NCBI RefSeq assembly: GCF_009914755.1
Contig: NC_060934.1
Length of the DNA stretch: 64,000 nt
Source of the DNA: the human T2T-CHM13v2.0 reference genome, Homo sapiens
Direction: 5' to 3' (one strand)
Of this stretch, positions 25,404 to 45,030 are shown one piece after another (the stretch's first letter is position 1; every line of letters starts with the position of its first letter). The notes under the pieces were generated by a model, which was given only the letters and a program-made list of their open reading frames with translations, was not told the origin of the DNA and ran no database searches. The translations under genes were made by a program, and so were the position numbers.

Positions 25404-28329
25404 TCAAAAATAAAATAGAATAAATAAATAAATAAATTTTTAAAATTAGATAAAATTAGAATAATATCAAATAGAGGAAAGTAAAATAGTTTATAGGCCA
25501 GGCATGGTGGCTCATGTCTGTAATCCCAGCACTTCAGGAGGCTGAGGCGGATAGGTCTCTTGAGCCCAGGAGTTTGGGACCAGCCTGGGCAACATAGCGA
25601 GACCCCGTCTCTACAAAAAAAATCTCAAAATTAGCCAGGCAGCCCGCATGTGGTCACACCACTCGAGAGGGTGAGGTGGGAGGATCGCTTGAGCTCAGGA
25701 GGTGCAATGAGCTGTGATTGTGCCACTGCACTCCAGCCTGGGCGACAGAGTGAGACCCTGTCTCTAAATAAATAAATAGTTAATAATAAAATGTGCTAAA
25801 TTGGTCTAAATGATAATGTTAATGCTAGACAATGGCACCACATAAAGACTTAAGGACTTTAATACTAGAAATAATATATTGTCACTGTTACTTCTAAAAT
25901 TTTTCTTTTTATATTTATTGGAAAAAGTTAAAGTAATGAGAAGGTACAAGTGTCTGCTCTTCCACCTGAACTGCTATTCTTGATCCTACTGTAAACACTG
26001 TTAGCAATTTGGTGTATATTCTTTCTGGTCTTTTTTCTATGTACATAAAGTGTGCATCTACATATGATCAATTTTAAAGCTTTTCTTTTTTATTTTTTCA
26101 CCCACAATTTATGCCATAAGGTTATTCTGTGGCTTTCTTTCTTCACACTATAATCTATCTTGAACATCTTCCATGTTAGTACATACAAGTCTGTCTCATA
26201 TGTACTACAGCTACATTGTATTCCACAATTTGGCTGTACTATAATTTATTTAACTGTTTTCCTTGAGATAGCCAAATCAAAGACATATATTTTTTCCTGC
26301 CATTCTATAAAAAAGACATATATGTTAACATCCAAGTACTGTTTTTCATCCCTCAAAAGAGATTAAAATGAATGAGAATTACCCATACGAGGATGACTGA
26401 AAATCATTCATAAATATTTACCAAAGGTCTCAAACAAATAACCTTTGACTGTTTATTTCAGTTCTAAGAATTTACTCTGAGGAAATAGCCAGGATTGGAT
26501 GCAAAAGCTTTTCTACAAAAATGTTCATTGCAGCAATCAGCATTATATATAATTGGACAGAATTATAACAAAAATTAAATGTTTACCCTTTGTCTGAAAA
26601 GCAATGCCAACTTTGGATATTATGATTATGTATGATTTTAAAATTTGATTTTCACAAGTCTCCTGTAATAAACATATTATTTTATTTATTTATTTATTTT
26701 TATGTATTTATTTTTGAGATGGAGTCTTGCTCTGTCGCTGAGGCTGGAGTGCAGTGGTGCTCTCTCAGCTCACTGCAGCCCCTGCCTCCTGGGTTCAAGC
26801 AGTTGTCCCTGCCTCAGCCTCCCAAGTAGCTGAGATTACAGGGGCCTGCCACCACACTGACTAATTTTTGTATTTTTAGTAGAGATGGGGTTTTGCCATG
26901 TTGGCCAGGCTGGTCTCGAACTCTTGACCTCCAGTGATAGGCCCACCTCGGCCTCCCAAAGTGCTGGGCTTACAGGCATGAGCCACTGTGCCCAGCCAAC
27001 ATGTTATTTTCAAAGAACTTAAAAACTTTTAGAATAGAATTTAAAGGAAGAATTAAGTTTTTATTTAACTTAGAAAAAGTTAGATTTTATATGACTTAAC
27101 TGTTCTCTCCAAATATACACAGAGATTACTTTTGCTTTCTGAGTTTGGAACAGATTGAATGTTTTTAAATTATAGTCAGAACTTTCAGTTAGATTTTCTA
27201 AATAATAAGAATTTTTGAACATACTGTAATTGTTTAAAGTCTTAAGAATCAATTTTGCAAACAGGTAATGAGGTATTGATGGTTATATGAAGTTATGTTT
27301 GCAATTTTTATTGATAACTGGCTTTAGAATCTGATTTATCTTGATAACTTAGACATTAAAATATTGGTTAAATTGGTGTTAACGTTTTGTGATACTATAA
27401 TCAAAAGGTTCGTTTTTAGCTTGAAATTTATAGTTTTGTAACATAACTGAGTCATTTATTTCCAACATAATTTTCGATTTTCTTCACTAAACATTTATGT
27501 ATTCAAGAATGGAATGTGTGTTTATTCTCTCCTTTTTTATTAGTGCGGAAAAGATGCTAAAATTGGATTGAATTACATTTATTTTTGTTAATCTTGTTTA
27601 CTTTTGAATGGCTTTAGTAATTTGACTTGTTTTAGTCATGAAATTTATAATCATTAGAGAATAGTAGCTAAGAGTAAGGGCTCTAAAGTCAGTCAAATAT
27701 GGTTCAAATCTTGGTTCCACCATAATATATTAGGTTTGTGACCTTGGGCATATTACTTAACATCTAGAAATCTTAGTTTTTCTTCACCTGTAAAATAGGG
27801 GTAAGAATATGAAAGGAGTGTTCTAACAGTTATTTGTGATAATATAAAACAATAGTGAAAGTGCATTTTGCTGAGAGTATGGATAATATCATAATTGTCA
27901 CAAAATCAGAAAGCAAAATATACACTGAAATCAAAGTATTCTCTGTTCAAGTCCAAAGTATCATCTTTAAGCCTGCTTCAAACTCTCCCTTTGCAGATTC
28001 AAAGCAAAGTAAGTGTGACATGAGGACCTAAGCATCAAAGTGAACTGAGATGCAGGTCTTCTTAACTGTGAATCTTACTGGAGAGATGTCCTTTGATGTT
28101 TTGAAATCATTACCACATTTTTATTATTAGATCAATTTTATGACTTATAAAACTGATGGGTTTGTCTGGTGAGCCCCCTTTTTTTTAGATAGTTTTAAAA
28201 TTTGGGTATAATATTGAAGCTGACTGTCTTAGAACCAGTTTGAATTTTTTAAAAAAACTTACAATTTTATACCTAATAACCCCCAAATAATTATATGTAT
28301 AAATTTTAACCTTATATTCATCTCTTCTA

Positions 28330-28503
<174 letters not shown>

Positions 28504-29050
28504 TTAACTGGATGTGTTGGTGCATGCCAGTAATCCCAGCTACTCAGAAGGCTGAGAATTGCTTGAACCCGGGAGGGGGAGGTTGCAATGAGCTGAGGTC
28601 ACACCACTGCATTCCAGTCTGGGCAACAGAGAAAGACCCTGTCTCAAAAAATAAGAAGAAGAAGAATAGGAATTCTAAGTTTTTTTTTTTAATTTCTTCT
28701 TTCCAAACCATTAGTAATGATGAAAAGTAAATAGAAGGGAGAAAAGATTAGAATAGTAAGAGTCTGTTTGAAATATATCTACTCAGATATTTGATAATGA
28801 TATGCTTCTTGGCAATATAAGAATACTCGTTATGGTATAGTCATTACTTTGGAAAATTATGCAGTTGTTTAAAAGAAACAAAAGCAAATCTATATCTACT
28901 AACGTGGAACAACCTCTAATATAACAAAGTAAGATACAGACCAGTGCATGAAACATGTTGCCACTTTAATTTTTTTAAAAAGGATTATATATTTATGTAT
29001 ATGCTTGTGCATGCATATTTTCATTCTTGGAAGAATTAGAGCTCTGATAA

Positions 29051-29418
<368 letters not shown>

Positions 29419-30339
29419 TGAAATTTTTTAAAACCATGTTCTTGTATTACCTTTAAAAATGAATAAAATTTTAAAAAGAATTAATTGAAGCAAAAAACTT
29501 ATTTTGGACAATATATAAACTTTGGTGTTTGGGCAAGACGTATTTTTTCTATTCTTCTGTCCCTGAAATGTCCTATTTTTATGTAGTTTCAAATATCTGC
29601 AATAGTTAGTTACAAAATAAAGACCAAAAAAATTTGGGAATTGAGAAAACTTTTGAAATCTTTCCTGTCCTGAAGTTTTTATGAGACCCTGCATATGGGA
29701 GTGCCGTGACTAGGCACTTAAATTAAAAAGATAGGGGTAGAGATTTTGTTTGTTGGTGACACACACCAAGTCTGTGTGAAATATAAGTAGCTTTAGATAG
29801 CAATATCATAATGGAGAAACCAGTTTCAGTAGTGATAGAAAGCAAGATCGAGCATCTGTTGAAGTGCTATGAGGTGCCAGGAGCTTTACATATATTATTT
29901 AATCATCAGTAACCCTATGAGTAGGTGTTGTTTTTCTCTGGTTTACAGGTAAAGAAAGCTGAGTTCCAGGGTAGCTAAATAACTTTCTTGAAGTCCCTCA
30001 GATAGTAAATGGCAGAGCCAGAATTTGAATCTAGGTCTGATTGACTCCAAAAATCATTTTTTTCTGCTGTTCCACAATGATACTTCTTAGCAGAAGCATC
30101 TCTTTCTGCCTCATATGTACATTCTGTATGGATGATTACTCTGCAGTAATTTTATTTACTTTCTTTCTGAGTATATAATGAATAGTTTTGGTAGAATCAA
30201 GTACTTAGATTTGCCACTTTTTTGATGCTTGCTACATCAGAGAGACCTGACCTGTAATAGGTAAAGAGTAAAAATTAAAATTTGCAAATATATTTCTTTC
30301 CTATTATTCATACATTTTTGTTCTCCCCCCAACCCCCAG

Positions 30340-30420
30340 AACTTTATGAAATCTTCCTCTCAAGAGCAAAAGAACGGTGGAAAAGTTTCAGTGAAACAAG
30401 TTCAGAGAATGATACAGAAG
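30340..30420 (+). CDS. TBC1D12: TBC1D12 coding exon, [27 protein letters not shown]
   Basis: Acceptor cccccag, donor gtgtga; 81 nt, symmetric phase 1-1. Confidence 0.93.
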
Positions 30421-30839
30421 GTGTGATTTCTTTTTTTAAATAAGAATTTTAGGATGAAAATTCAGATACTGAGCATGTATCAGAAGCTGTAGTAATCGCT
30501 TTACATATATCATCTTATTTAATCTTAACCCTTTCAGTAAACAAGGCTAGAAAAAAGACTTGATTTACAGAAAAGTTCATGTAAGTATCATCCTAAGACC
30601 TCTTAGCTATGTCAGCTATTTGTGGAGAACTAAAAGTATGTAAAAGGTAAAGAAGTTTATACTGGCAGACAGCAGCTATTTCATCATTTTTGACTCATTT
30701 TTATGAAGCATTGAAATTATGAGAATTAAAATTATAAGTATTCACTTCTGAAATATTTTTTCAATAATAAATGGTGAGGCTGGGCGGATGGCTCACACCT
30801 GTAATCCTGGCACTTTGGGGGGCCAAGGCAGGTGGATCA

Positions 30840-31046
<207 letters not shown>

Positions 31047-32142
31047 TCATCTCCAAAGAAAAAGAATAAATGGTGAAAATTGCACTTTAGTAGAAATTAA
31101 TTGAATGTAATGAAGAGTTCTAGTCAGAAGCAGTGTCTACATAAATTACTGTTTTCTTATTTCCTGGATATGTATAATTTGCATGTGTCATTTAACTTTT
31201 TGGTCATTGTCTTTTTAAATATTGCTTCTGCCCTTTCTTGCCTGTTTTCCTTCTGGACTCCAATTACATGTATAGTAGACCATTTAACAGTGTTTCACAA
31301 GCCTCTTATACTCTCTCTTTTTTTTTTCTTTTTTTGGTGGGGGATAGATATAATTTTATATAATTGAAAAAAATTTTAATTCATCATATAGGGATGGGGT
31401 CTCTCTATGTTTCCCTGGCTAGTCTCAAACTCCTGGCCTCAAGCAATCCTGCCTTGGCCTTCCAAAGTGCTGGGATTGCAGGCATGAACCACTGTGCCTG
31501 GCCAATTCTTTTTCTCTCTCTCTCTCTCTCTCTTTCTCTGCTTCAGTTTCATTGATTTTTATTGATCCGTCATCAAATTCACTAATCCTTTCTTCTGGTT
31601 TATCTAGTCTGCTATTAAATCTAAATCTGTGTAATGGGCTTTTAATTTCAGATGTGCTTTGTAATTGTAGAATGTTCACTTGGTTCTTTTTATACATTCT
31701 GTTTCTCTGTTGAAATTCATCTTCCCATCCCATGTTCCTTCCGCCATCTTTTCCTCTTATTTTCTTTTTAAAATTTATTATTATTTTTTTCTCTAGCGCA
31801 TATCAGCCAGATATTTTCTTTAACATATTTATAACAGATAGTGTCATTGCCTGTTAATTCCAATACTGCATCATCTGCAGGTCTGCCTCTGTCGGCTGTT
31901 TTTCCCCTTGTTTCCCCTTTAAAGTGGTTGTAAGTCACATTTTCTGCTTCTTTGTATATCTTAAATGTTTAAATTGTATGCCAGACATTGTATATAAAAA
32001 GAATGTAGAAACCAAAGCTGAGGTTTCCCCTGCAGAGTAAGCTGCTCTTTCCTGTTAGGCAGTTCGATTAAGGGCTTATCACCTCAATTCAACCATTAAT
32101 TGATCTAGGTTGGGGCAAGGTTGTAGGTTTAGATAGACTTAG

Positions 32143-32301
<159 letters not shown>

Positions 32302-32344
32302 TGAGTAGCTGGGATTACAGGTGCGCTCCACCATGCCCGGCTAA

Positions 32345-32494
<150 letters not shown>

Positions 32495-33167
32495 TAATCT
32501 CCCTCCAATGATATGCCCTCTCAAGACCTTGTGACTTTGGATGATTTTATTCTGCATTTCTAGCCCAGCCTTCTGCATTCAGAAAAGTCCCATAGGGAAA
32601 ACCAGATACACATTCAGGGCTCCTCCAGATTCTTGTCTATCACATCAATTTTATTTGGCCATGTGTAGCTCTTCTGGTTTCTCTTCCTCCAACTAGGGTG
32701 ACTTTGTCTTCGGCGAGCTCGATCCTAAGCCCATACCTAGACCTGGCAGATACCCCTAGGAAGAAAAATGGACACTGGTGTCTACTCACCAAGGAAAGAC
32801 TCTTACTTTTCTGGAATTTAAATCCTATTGATCTCTCTGTGTCCATAGCTCTCTGATGATTTTTTAAATGTGATATTTGTAAATTTTTTTCCTAGTTGTT
32901 ACCATGGAAATGATGGTCTGCCCATATCTTCTGTAAAAACTGGAATTAGAAATCCTTTACCATATAACTTTCTGATAAATGTATAGCTATTTTCTTTGTA
33001 CAAGAGAATAACAAGTTCTAACAAAAGCTATGTGACATTTCTTATAATTTCTTGATTATTCAGCTTTTAACTTAAATAACACATGCTGTGTGATCATTCT
33101 GTATTTATAAAATTGGACTTGTTAGAGCCAAGTGATCATTTAAATTGTATCTGCTTGGTAAATGCAG

Positions 33168-33256
33168 GTGTATCTGTTGCTGATCGAGAGGCCAGTCTGG
33201 AATTAATTAAGTTGGACATATCCCGTACATTTCCATCTCTCTACATCTTTCAGAAG
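33168..33256 (+). CDS. TBC1D12: TBC1D12 coding exon, [30 protein letters not shown] (IxxDxxR arginine finger)
   Basis: Acceptor aatgcag, donor gtgagg; 89 nt; IKLDISR motif. Confidence 0.96.
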
Positions 33257-34125
33257 GTGAGGGTTTCTAACCAGCTTGTAATTACTTAAAAAAAATCTAT
33301 CAATATCCAAGGCAACAGATTCTTTAAATGAATAGCTATTACTTTAAAAAAGGCAAAACTATAGAAATTGGGGACCCTGTATAAAAAGTGTAAAACTAGT
33401 TATAAAATTATAAAGGAATTTCTATTATTTTATTCCACTGACCGAAATACATTATAGTTAGCATAGCATTTAATACCTTTTATGTAGTAGGCACTTGATG
33501 AATTTTATTACAGTGAATTTATTTTGCTTTTTATTTTGTAAGATATATGAATTCTTAATATTTTGGCCTAGTAAATTGTTAAAGTATAAAGAACTTTTCA
33601 CAAAACTTAAAAATTTTCAGAATTATCATTAAAATAGGAAGAAATGGTTTTCTTTGTACATAGGCTATTATGAAGTTGCTTATACCTTATGAAAAGAGAA
33701 ATGACTACATTATATATACTTTATCTTTGACTCATGTCTTTATTTTTATTTCTTTTTAAATTTGAGATCAGGTCTTGCTGTGTTGCCCAGGCTGGACTCA
33801 AACTCCTAGGCTCAAGCAATCCTCCTGCATCAGCCTCCTGCATAGCTGGGATTATGGGATTACAGGCATGTGCCACCACACCCAGCTGATTCAAGTCTTT
33901 ATACATGGAATTCTTCTATCTTTAGATTGATAAAAATAAAATGAGATAAAAATTTTTACCATTAAGATTAAAATTATTAACACAGTTTAGTTTAGCTTGA
34001 TGGTTTTTTTTCTGCTGATGGTGTATTACATAAAATGAAACAGTGTGTATTCATCATACCCTTATACCAAATCTAGAAGATTTTAAAACTGTTGACAAAT
34101 TATATAGCTTGTATCCATCAAGTAA

Positions 34126-34377
<252 letters not shown>

Positions 34378-34658
34378 TAGCCAAGCTGGTCTCAAACTCC
34401 TGGCCTCAAATGACCTGCCCATCTCGACCTCCTAAAGTGCTGGGATTATAGGCATGAGCCACCGCACCCATCTGCAGTATTAAATATTTATTATTCATAA
34501 TTTGGAAAACATCTTGGCAGAGTACATTTATAATATTTTTTATTAAATATGCTAAAACTAGTCATTTAGGAAATGCTACAGTTTATTAACATGTTATATG
34601 AAAATTAACTTAGAGACAATTATTTGTACAGTTTCAAATTTCATTTTTCTCTCCTAAG

Positions 34659-34730
34659 GGTGGTCCATATCATGATGTCTTGCATAGTATTTTAGGGGCA
34701 TACACATGCTACAGGCCTGATGTTGGTTAT
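34659..34730 (+). CDS. TBC1D12: TBC1D12 coding exon, [24 protein letters not shown]
   Basis: Acceptor ctcctaag, donor gtaagt; 72 nt, phase 0-0; ends with the Y of the YxQ motif. Confidence 0.96.
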
Positions 34731-36061
34731 GTAAGTATTTGTTTCCATCTGTTTTTTGAATATAAGCATTTTATCTACACTCTTTATCAAAATATCCTAT
34801 GTTGTATTAGCTCCCAAATGTCTGTATTTCTATGTCTGTTTTTCTTAGGCTTATCAATTTACCCAGTGAAGAATCTTTCTATCTCTTGCCAAGAGCTTAT
34901 ATGTACTTGAGGCTGCCAGCTTTCTGGGGGAGCTGCGGGAGATTTCACCATGCAATTTATAAACTTTTATCTCATGCCCTGATATCAGTGTGATGCCTTG
35001 TCCCCCTCTTCCTAACCCTCTTTTCCATGACTGTGCCTCTAGAGAGTAAACCTCCTATGTTCTACCAGGTTAAGGGAAGGATAGGTACCTGTCCCTAAAG
35101 GATAGGGGAGGGGATTTGCTCCTTATACAGACTTTCACCCAATCCTATTTTTAGCTCTCTTTCTCCATTTCACAGGTACCTGACAACTTCAGCTTCTGAG
35201 CCTTCAGGGTTTTACAGCTGAATTGGCTTGCTGATTATTGGCTTCCTCCTCTGTAGATATTTTAGTTTTAACATTCTACACTTATTTAATTTACAATTTC
35301 TAAAATACTATTAACTATCTACTGTATAATTTTTCATTCTTGTAGTCCTTGTGGGTTAATATTTATTTTTTCTTTACTGTATTTTTAGTTGGATTTTGCA
35401 GGAGAACAAAGAAAGATGTGATGTTCAATTGCCATTTTTAACTAGAAGTTATAGAACTTTCATCTTCTCACCTTTGCCTTAAAATAGAAGAATGTTAGAC
35501 CTCTCTATAGGGTGGCTGTCTGGTACAAGTTACTTTGTTCTGTTGCATGTTCATTTCTATGTTTGTTTACTCAACAAATATTTATTGTGCTCTTATGACT
35601 ATATGTCAGGCATTGTTCTAGGCACTTGAAATACCTCAATGAACAAAATGATTTCTGTCCTTATGATGCTTACAGTTTAGAAGAAAGAAACAGACAATAA
35701 ACAACAAACAAATAAGTAAATCATGTTATATTAAAAGATAAGTGCTGTAGAAAAGTGTGAGATGATAAAGGGGGAAAGTGCTAGATTTAGGGTGGGGCAG
35801 GTTGTAGTATTTGAAAAGATCGTAAGATAGTCCTTATAGAGAAAGTTAGATTTGAGCAAAGAGTCTTTAAACTCTCTTACTCAGGTATTCTGTGAATGAA
35901 TTGTAAGAACACCTTGTATCCCCTTCACATGTTAAAGTTGAAGTTTAAAGTTTTTCATCGTAAGTTTACTTGTAAATAATTTAATTTTTTAGCACTGGTT
36001 AAATGTTGACATCTTATAGTTTTCTAAAAATGTCCCCAGGCATGCCGGGCGTGGTGGCTCA

Positions 36062-36443
<382 letters not shown>

Positions 36444-37908
36444 CTAGGATTGGACCACTGCATTCCAGCCTGCACAACACAGCAAGACCCTGTCTCAAAA
36501 AAAAGTCTGTAGTGGAGTTTAAATACTGTAATAAATTTACATATATCATAGTCCATTTAAAGAAAAATATATTAACAAGCTCTTCATTAATATTTTACAT
36601 TTTTGCTTTTTCTCTGAACTTGTATTTCTTTTTTTATTTTTATTTTTTTGAGACAGGGTCTCACTCTGTCACCCAGGCTAGAGTACAATGGCGTGATCAT
36701 GACTTACTATAGCCTCGACTTCCTGGTCCCCTGGTCCCTGGTGATTCTTCCATCTCAGCCTCCCAGGTAGCTGGGACTGCAGGCACAAGCCACCATGCTT
36801 GGCTAATTTTCTGTATTTTGTGTTAAGACAGGGCACTGTTTCCCAGGCTTATCTTGAACTCCTGGCTCAAGTGACCCGCCTGCATTGGTCTCCCATAGTG
36901 CTGGGATTACAAGTGTGACCTACTGTGCCTGGCTGATATTATGATTTTTTTAAATATAACGTTGTATAATTAAAACAAAGTAATTAACCTGCCCAACATC
37001 TGAAATATCTGACATTTTTTGTAATGAGAGTAATTTGAGATTTACTCTCTGAGTGACTGTGAAATGTACAGAACTCAGTTATTAGTTGTATTTGCCATGT
37101 TGTGTAATAAATCTCAAAAAAAAAACAAAAAAAAAAAAACAGGCCAGGCATGGTGGCTCATGCCTGTAATCCCAGGCATGTAATCCCAGGCATGTAATCC
37201 CAGCATTTGGGAGGCCAAGGTGGGAAGATCGCTTGAGCCCAGGAGTTTTAAGACCAGCCTGAGCAACACAGTGAGACCTCATCTCTGCAAATAATAAAAA
37301 ATTAGCCAGGTGTGGTGGTGTGCACCTGTAGTCCCAGCTACTCAAGAGGCTGAGGTGGAAAGATCGCTAGAGTTCAGGCTCTTGAAGCTGTAGTAAGCCG
37401 AAATGGTGCCTGGGCGATAGAGTGAGACCCTGTCTCAAAAAAATTAAAGTTACTCCTCCTTTCTAACTGGAGCTTTTTGTACTCTTTGATTATCGTCTTC
37501 CCCACCCCCAAGCCTCTGGTAACCACTATTCTACTCTTTGCTTCTATGAGTTCAGTGGTTTTAGATTACACATTTAAGTGAGAACATGCAATATTTGCTT
37601 TTCTGTTTTTTGCCTTATTTCACTTAGCATAATGTTCTCCAGTTCCATCCATGTTTTCCCAAACGACATAATTTCTTCCTTTGTTAAGGCTGAACAGTAT
37701 TCTTTTGTATACATACACACACTCTCTCATCCCATTCATCTGTTGATGGACACTTATGTTGATTCCTTAACTTGGCTATTTTGAGTAGTGCTGTAATGAA
37801 CATGGGAGTGCAGGTATCTTTTTGACATACCGATTTCAAGTCTTTTGGGTAATAGCCAGAAGTGAGATTGCTGGACCATATAGTAATTCTATTTTTAGTT
37901 TTTTTTGA

Positions 37909-38282
<374 letters not shown>

Positions 38283-38347
38283 GCAAGTTTTTTTTTCCAA
38301 CAACCTCACCAACACTTATGTTTTGTCTTTTTGGTAATAGCCATATA

Positions 38348-39202
<855 letters not shown>

Positions 39203-39489
39203 TATTTTATTTCATTTCTCTCACAGAATTTTATTCTAATGTAACACTTTTCTGCCCAAAAGTCTTTTAGTAATCTCATTATACTTCTGCTACAAATATA
39301 TAAATTAATTAAAAATTAGCTTTATTTCTGATATACATAATATTCTAAATATTAAACGTTTTTTCTAATTTGTGTTATTACAATTATTAGTATAACTGAT
39401 CAAAACAAATCTATTAGAGAAACTACATAAATGAAAAAAACAAAACAAATTTATTTTTTTGGTTGGGCATATATAAATTTTCAATCAAC

Positions 39490-39788
39490 TTTTTTTGTTT
39501 TTTTTAAAATTATACTAAGTTCTAGGGTACATGTGCACAACGTGCAGGTTTGTTACATATGTATACATGTGCCATGTTGGTGTGCTGCACCCATTAACTC
39601 GTCATTTACATTAGGTATATCTCCTAATGCTATCCCTCCCCCCTCCCCCCACCCCATGACAGGCCCCCGTGTGTGATGTTCCCCTTCCTGTGTCCAAGTG
39701 TTCTCATTGTTCAGTTCCCACCTATGAGTGAGAACATGCAGTGTTTGGTTTTTTGTTCTTGCGAACAGTTTGCTGAGAATGATGGTTT
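39490..39788 (-). mobile_element. L1PA 3' UTR fragment
   Basis: agggtacatgtgcacaacgtgcagg...ccctcccccctccccccaccccatgac...cctatgagtgagaacatgc. Confidence 0.88.
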
Positions 39789-40234
39789 AATTATCTCAGT
39801 AACTCAATTAGATTCTCCTTTAGCTTTATTGAATACAGAAGACTGTTAACTACTTGAGATGCAAAAACATTTTGTTACCAATCATTAGAATTGTTCACTT
39901 TCTCAATTTCTATAAAGTATCCCAAAAGCCTTTATTGAGACTAGTCAAAATATCTATTACTGACATTTTAGGCTAAATTTTATTTTGTGTTTTGTGTTTT
40001 TTGTTTTGAGACAAGGTTTCACTATGTTGCCCAGGCTGATCTTGAACTCCTGGGCTCAAGTGATCCTTCCACCTCAGCCTCCCAAAGTGCTGGGTTTATG
40101 TATGAGCCACTGCACCCAGCCTACACTAGACTTTAAAAAAAGAAAAAAAATATATTAAAATTATATCTTCAGGCTGCGTGCGGTGGCTCATGCCTATAAC
40201 CCTAGCACTTTGGGACACTGAGGCAGGCGGATCA

Positions 40235-40474
<240 letters not shown>

Positions 40475-41175
40475 TCACTTAAAGGCACTTGTTTAACCTG
40501 GTATACTGAGAAAAATTGGGGAAAATTAAAATACTGTTACTTTTATTACACTTATGATAATGATTTTTTAGAATATGTTTTAAATATTTTTTTTTACCCT
40601 GGCTGCAGACTTATTAGGTCACTGTATATTTGCTGCTGAAATGAGCTCTGTTAGGTCACTGAATTTATGTAAAGTGACCACCATATAACTTAACTGGTGG
40701 TATCAAGGCTCACTGACAAACCAGTCAGTCAAATCACACTTACTTTATAAGTTAAAAATAGTGTAGACTATATTGGAATACCTATTTCATGTCATGATTT
40801 GACAAAATACGTTTTTAACTATGTTAATGAATAACATATGCTGAATCTATAAATAACTCACGAAAGTTTTATCTGTAGATTTTATTCTTGAGAAAATTTG
40901 GTAATCTTGGTTCACATTTCAGTTATACTTATTTAAAAGAACCACAGGCTGGGTGCGGTGGCTAATGCCTGTAATCCCAGCATTTTGGGAGGCCGAGGCA
41001 GGTGGATCACCTGAGGTCAGTAGTTCGAGACCAGCCTGGCCAACGTGGCGAAATCCCGTCTCTACTAAAAATACAAAAATTAGCCAGGTGTGGTGGCATA
41101 GGCCTGTAATTCGAGCTACTCGGGAGGCTGAGGCAAGGAGAATTGCTTGAACTCAGGAGACGGATGTTGTAGTGA

Positions 41176-41502
<327 letters not shown>

Positions 41503-42417
41503 TAGTTGTTCTTTTTAGTTTCCTTTAAAACAGAACAGTTCCTCAGCCTTTTGTATGTGTCGTAACAATGTCACTTTTCAAAAGTTAAGTCTAGCTGTTT
41601 GCGGAACGACCCTCAACTTGAATTTGATTATTTTTTCATGATTAGATTCAGGTTAGACAGTTTTGTCAGCAATACTACATAAACAATGTATCTTTTTTAG
41701 TGCATCACACCATGAGTCAATAAATAATGCAAAATATTTAGAAGAATTGGACTCTGAAGAAATTATAGAAATAACTTTTTCTTATTTTCTTTTCATATAT
41801 GCACAAGAGTGATATATAATAAATCTGAATGAGCTATAAATAGTTTTAAAAATATGCATAATATTCCGGGCTGGACACGGTGGCTCACGCCTGTAATCCC
41901 AGCACCTTAGGAGGTCAAGGCAGGCGGATCACCTGAAGTCAGGAGTTTGAGACCAGTCAGGCCAACATGGTAAAACCCCGTCACTATTAAAAATACAAAA
42001 ATTAGCCAGGCGTGGTGGCAGGCACCTCTATTCCCAGCTGTTCGGGAGGTTGAGGCAGGAGAATCACTTTAACCTGGGAGGGGAAGGTTGCGGTGAGCCA
42101 ATATCGTGCCACTGCACTCCAGCCTGGACGATAAGAGCTAAACTCTGTCTCCAAAAAAATTAATTAAGTAAATAAATATTCCAAGTGATAAGGTATTATG
42201 CCATTGCTTAATTGGCAGCATTTTTTCTTTTTTAGCAGTATGTAAAATAATGTTACTTAAACACCATCTTAGGTACAATTAAATGTAATTTTAATTCCTT
42301 CTATTTACTTTGCTACCATTCTATTACAGATGGTTAATAATTTGCCCCTTGTATTCATTCAGCAAATATTGTGGTACTAAGAATACAACTATGAACAAAC
42401 AAACATGGTGTGGTCTC

Positions 42418-43072
<655 letters not shown>

Positions 43073-43467
43073 CAGTCCCTGTCTTCATGGAACTTAAGTT
43101 CTAGAAAATCAAATAGGCAATTACTGTAGAATCTGCAAAAAGTACTCAGAAGAAGACAGAGAAATAAGATGAGAACAAAGAAATAATTGGATTGCAGAAG
43201 CTAAGGGAATGCTGTTAAGAGAGATAGCACCCTCTGGGTTTTTCAATAAGTATCATTGGTCATACTGGCAAGAGAAATCTCAAAATAGTATGGTAATGGA
43301 GTGGGAATACATACTGAAGTGTGTTAAAGGTGAAAAGGGAGCTGAGAGCCGGGTGCAGTGGCTCACGCCTGTAATCCCAGCACTTTGGGAGGCCGAGGTG
43401 GGTGGATCACCTGAGGTCGGGAGTTCAAGACCAGCCTGACCAACATGGAGAAACCCCGTCTCTACTA

Positions 43468-43725
<258 letters not shown>

Positions 43726-43902
43726 TTATCATTGCAGGTGTTCTTTTTTTTTTGAGACCGAGTCTCGCTCTGTCACCCAGTCTGGAGTGCAGTGGCGCAA
43801 TCTTGGCTTACTGCAAGCTCCGCCTCCCAGGTTCACGCCATTCTCCTGCCTCAGCCTCCTGAGTAGCTAGGACTACAGGCACCTGCCACCACGCCCGGTT
43901 AA

Positions 43903-44067
<165 letters not shown>

Positions 44068-45030
44068 TAAGTCCATTATACAAATCTCTTCTAGAAGTAA
44101 GTGATAACTTTTTTTTTTAATTAAACAAATGTATGGGCTGGACAGGCGTGGTGGTACACACCCATAGTCTCAGCTACTCAGGAGGCTGAGGCAGGAGGAT
44201 AGCTGGAGCTGGGAGGCAGAGGTTGCAGTGAGATGATATGCCACTGCATTCCAGCCTAGGTGACTTGAGTGAGACCCTGCTTCAAAAAAAAGAAACCAAA
44301 AACAAAAAAAAAACAAAAAAAAAACAGGAGAAGAAGTATATGATAGCTGCCAATAACTTACAAGCAAGAAGCAAACATCTATACAGCTTAGCCTTTTACT
44401 CAAGGTCTTTCACAACATAAACACATCCTACCTTCTCTAAATGCCTTTCCTTACTCCAGCTGAGCTGGTCCTATTGTTCCCATTTTTGTGTCTTAGTTCA
44501 TGCTTCTTTTCCATTTTAGGTTTTTTCCTATTTCTGTCTCTTGCTTTTCCAGGACTCCAGGCTCAACCCCCACAACGTCTCCTTTCTTGGTATTTCAGCA
44601 GCACTTCTGATAGATCTCTTTTATTCTGAGTCCTTCATTTTTTACTCAGATGTGTTATAACAATGAAAATAATCACCTGATTTTTATTAAATTTTGTGAT
44701 TCTGTACTCTATTTTGAAAGAATTCAGACTGAGAGGAAATGAAAACTAGGTAATACGCTGAGATAGCCTTTTGTAGCAGTAAAATCTGATACTTTTTTGT
44801 TTTTCAAAAATTCTCCCTAATGTTGAAAAACCACACCATATGAACAAGAAATTAGGGAGATTTCGTAATCATTAGGGGCTCTCTGTATTTACCTTTGCTG
44901 GGAAGGAAAAAAGAAATCTTGGTTAATTCTACTTTGTAATGTCACTGTAATTTTTCAGGAGTACAATAAAATAAACTATATAGATTTATTATTGTAAGTC
45001 CATTTTGACTAAATTTTTCTCCCTTTGAAG

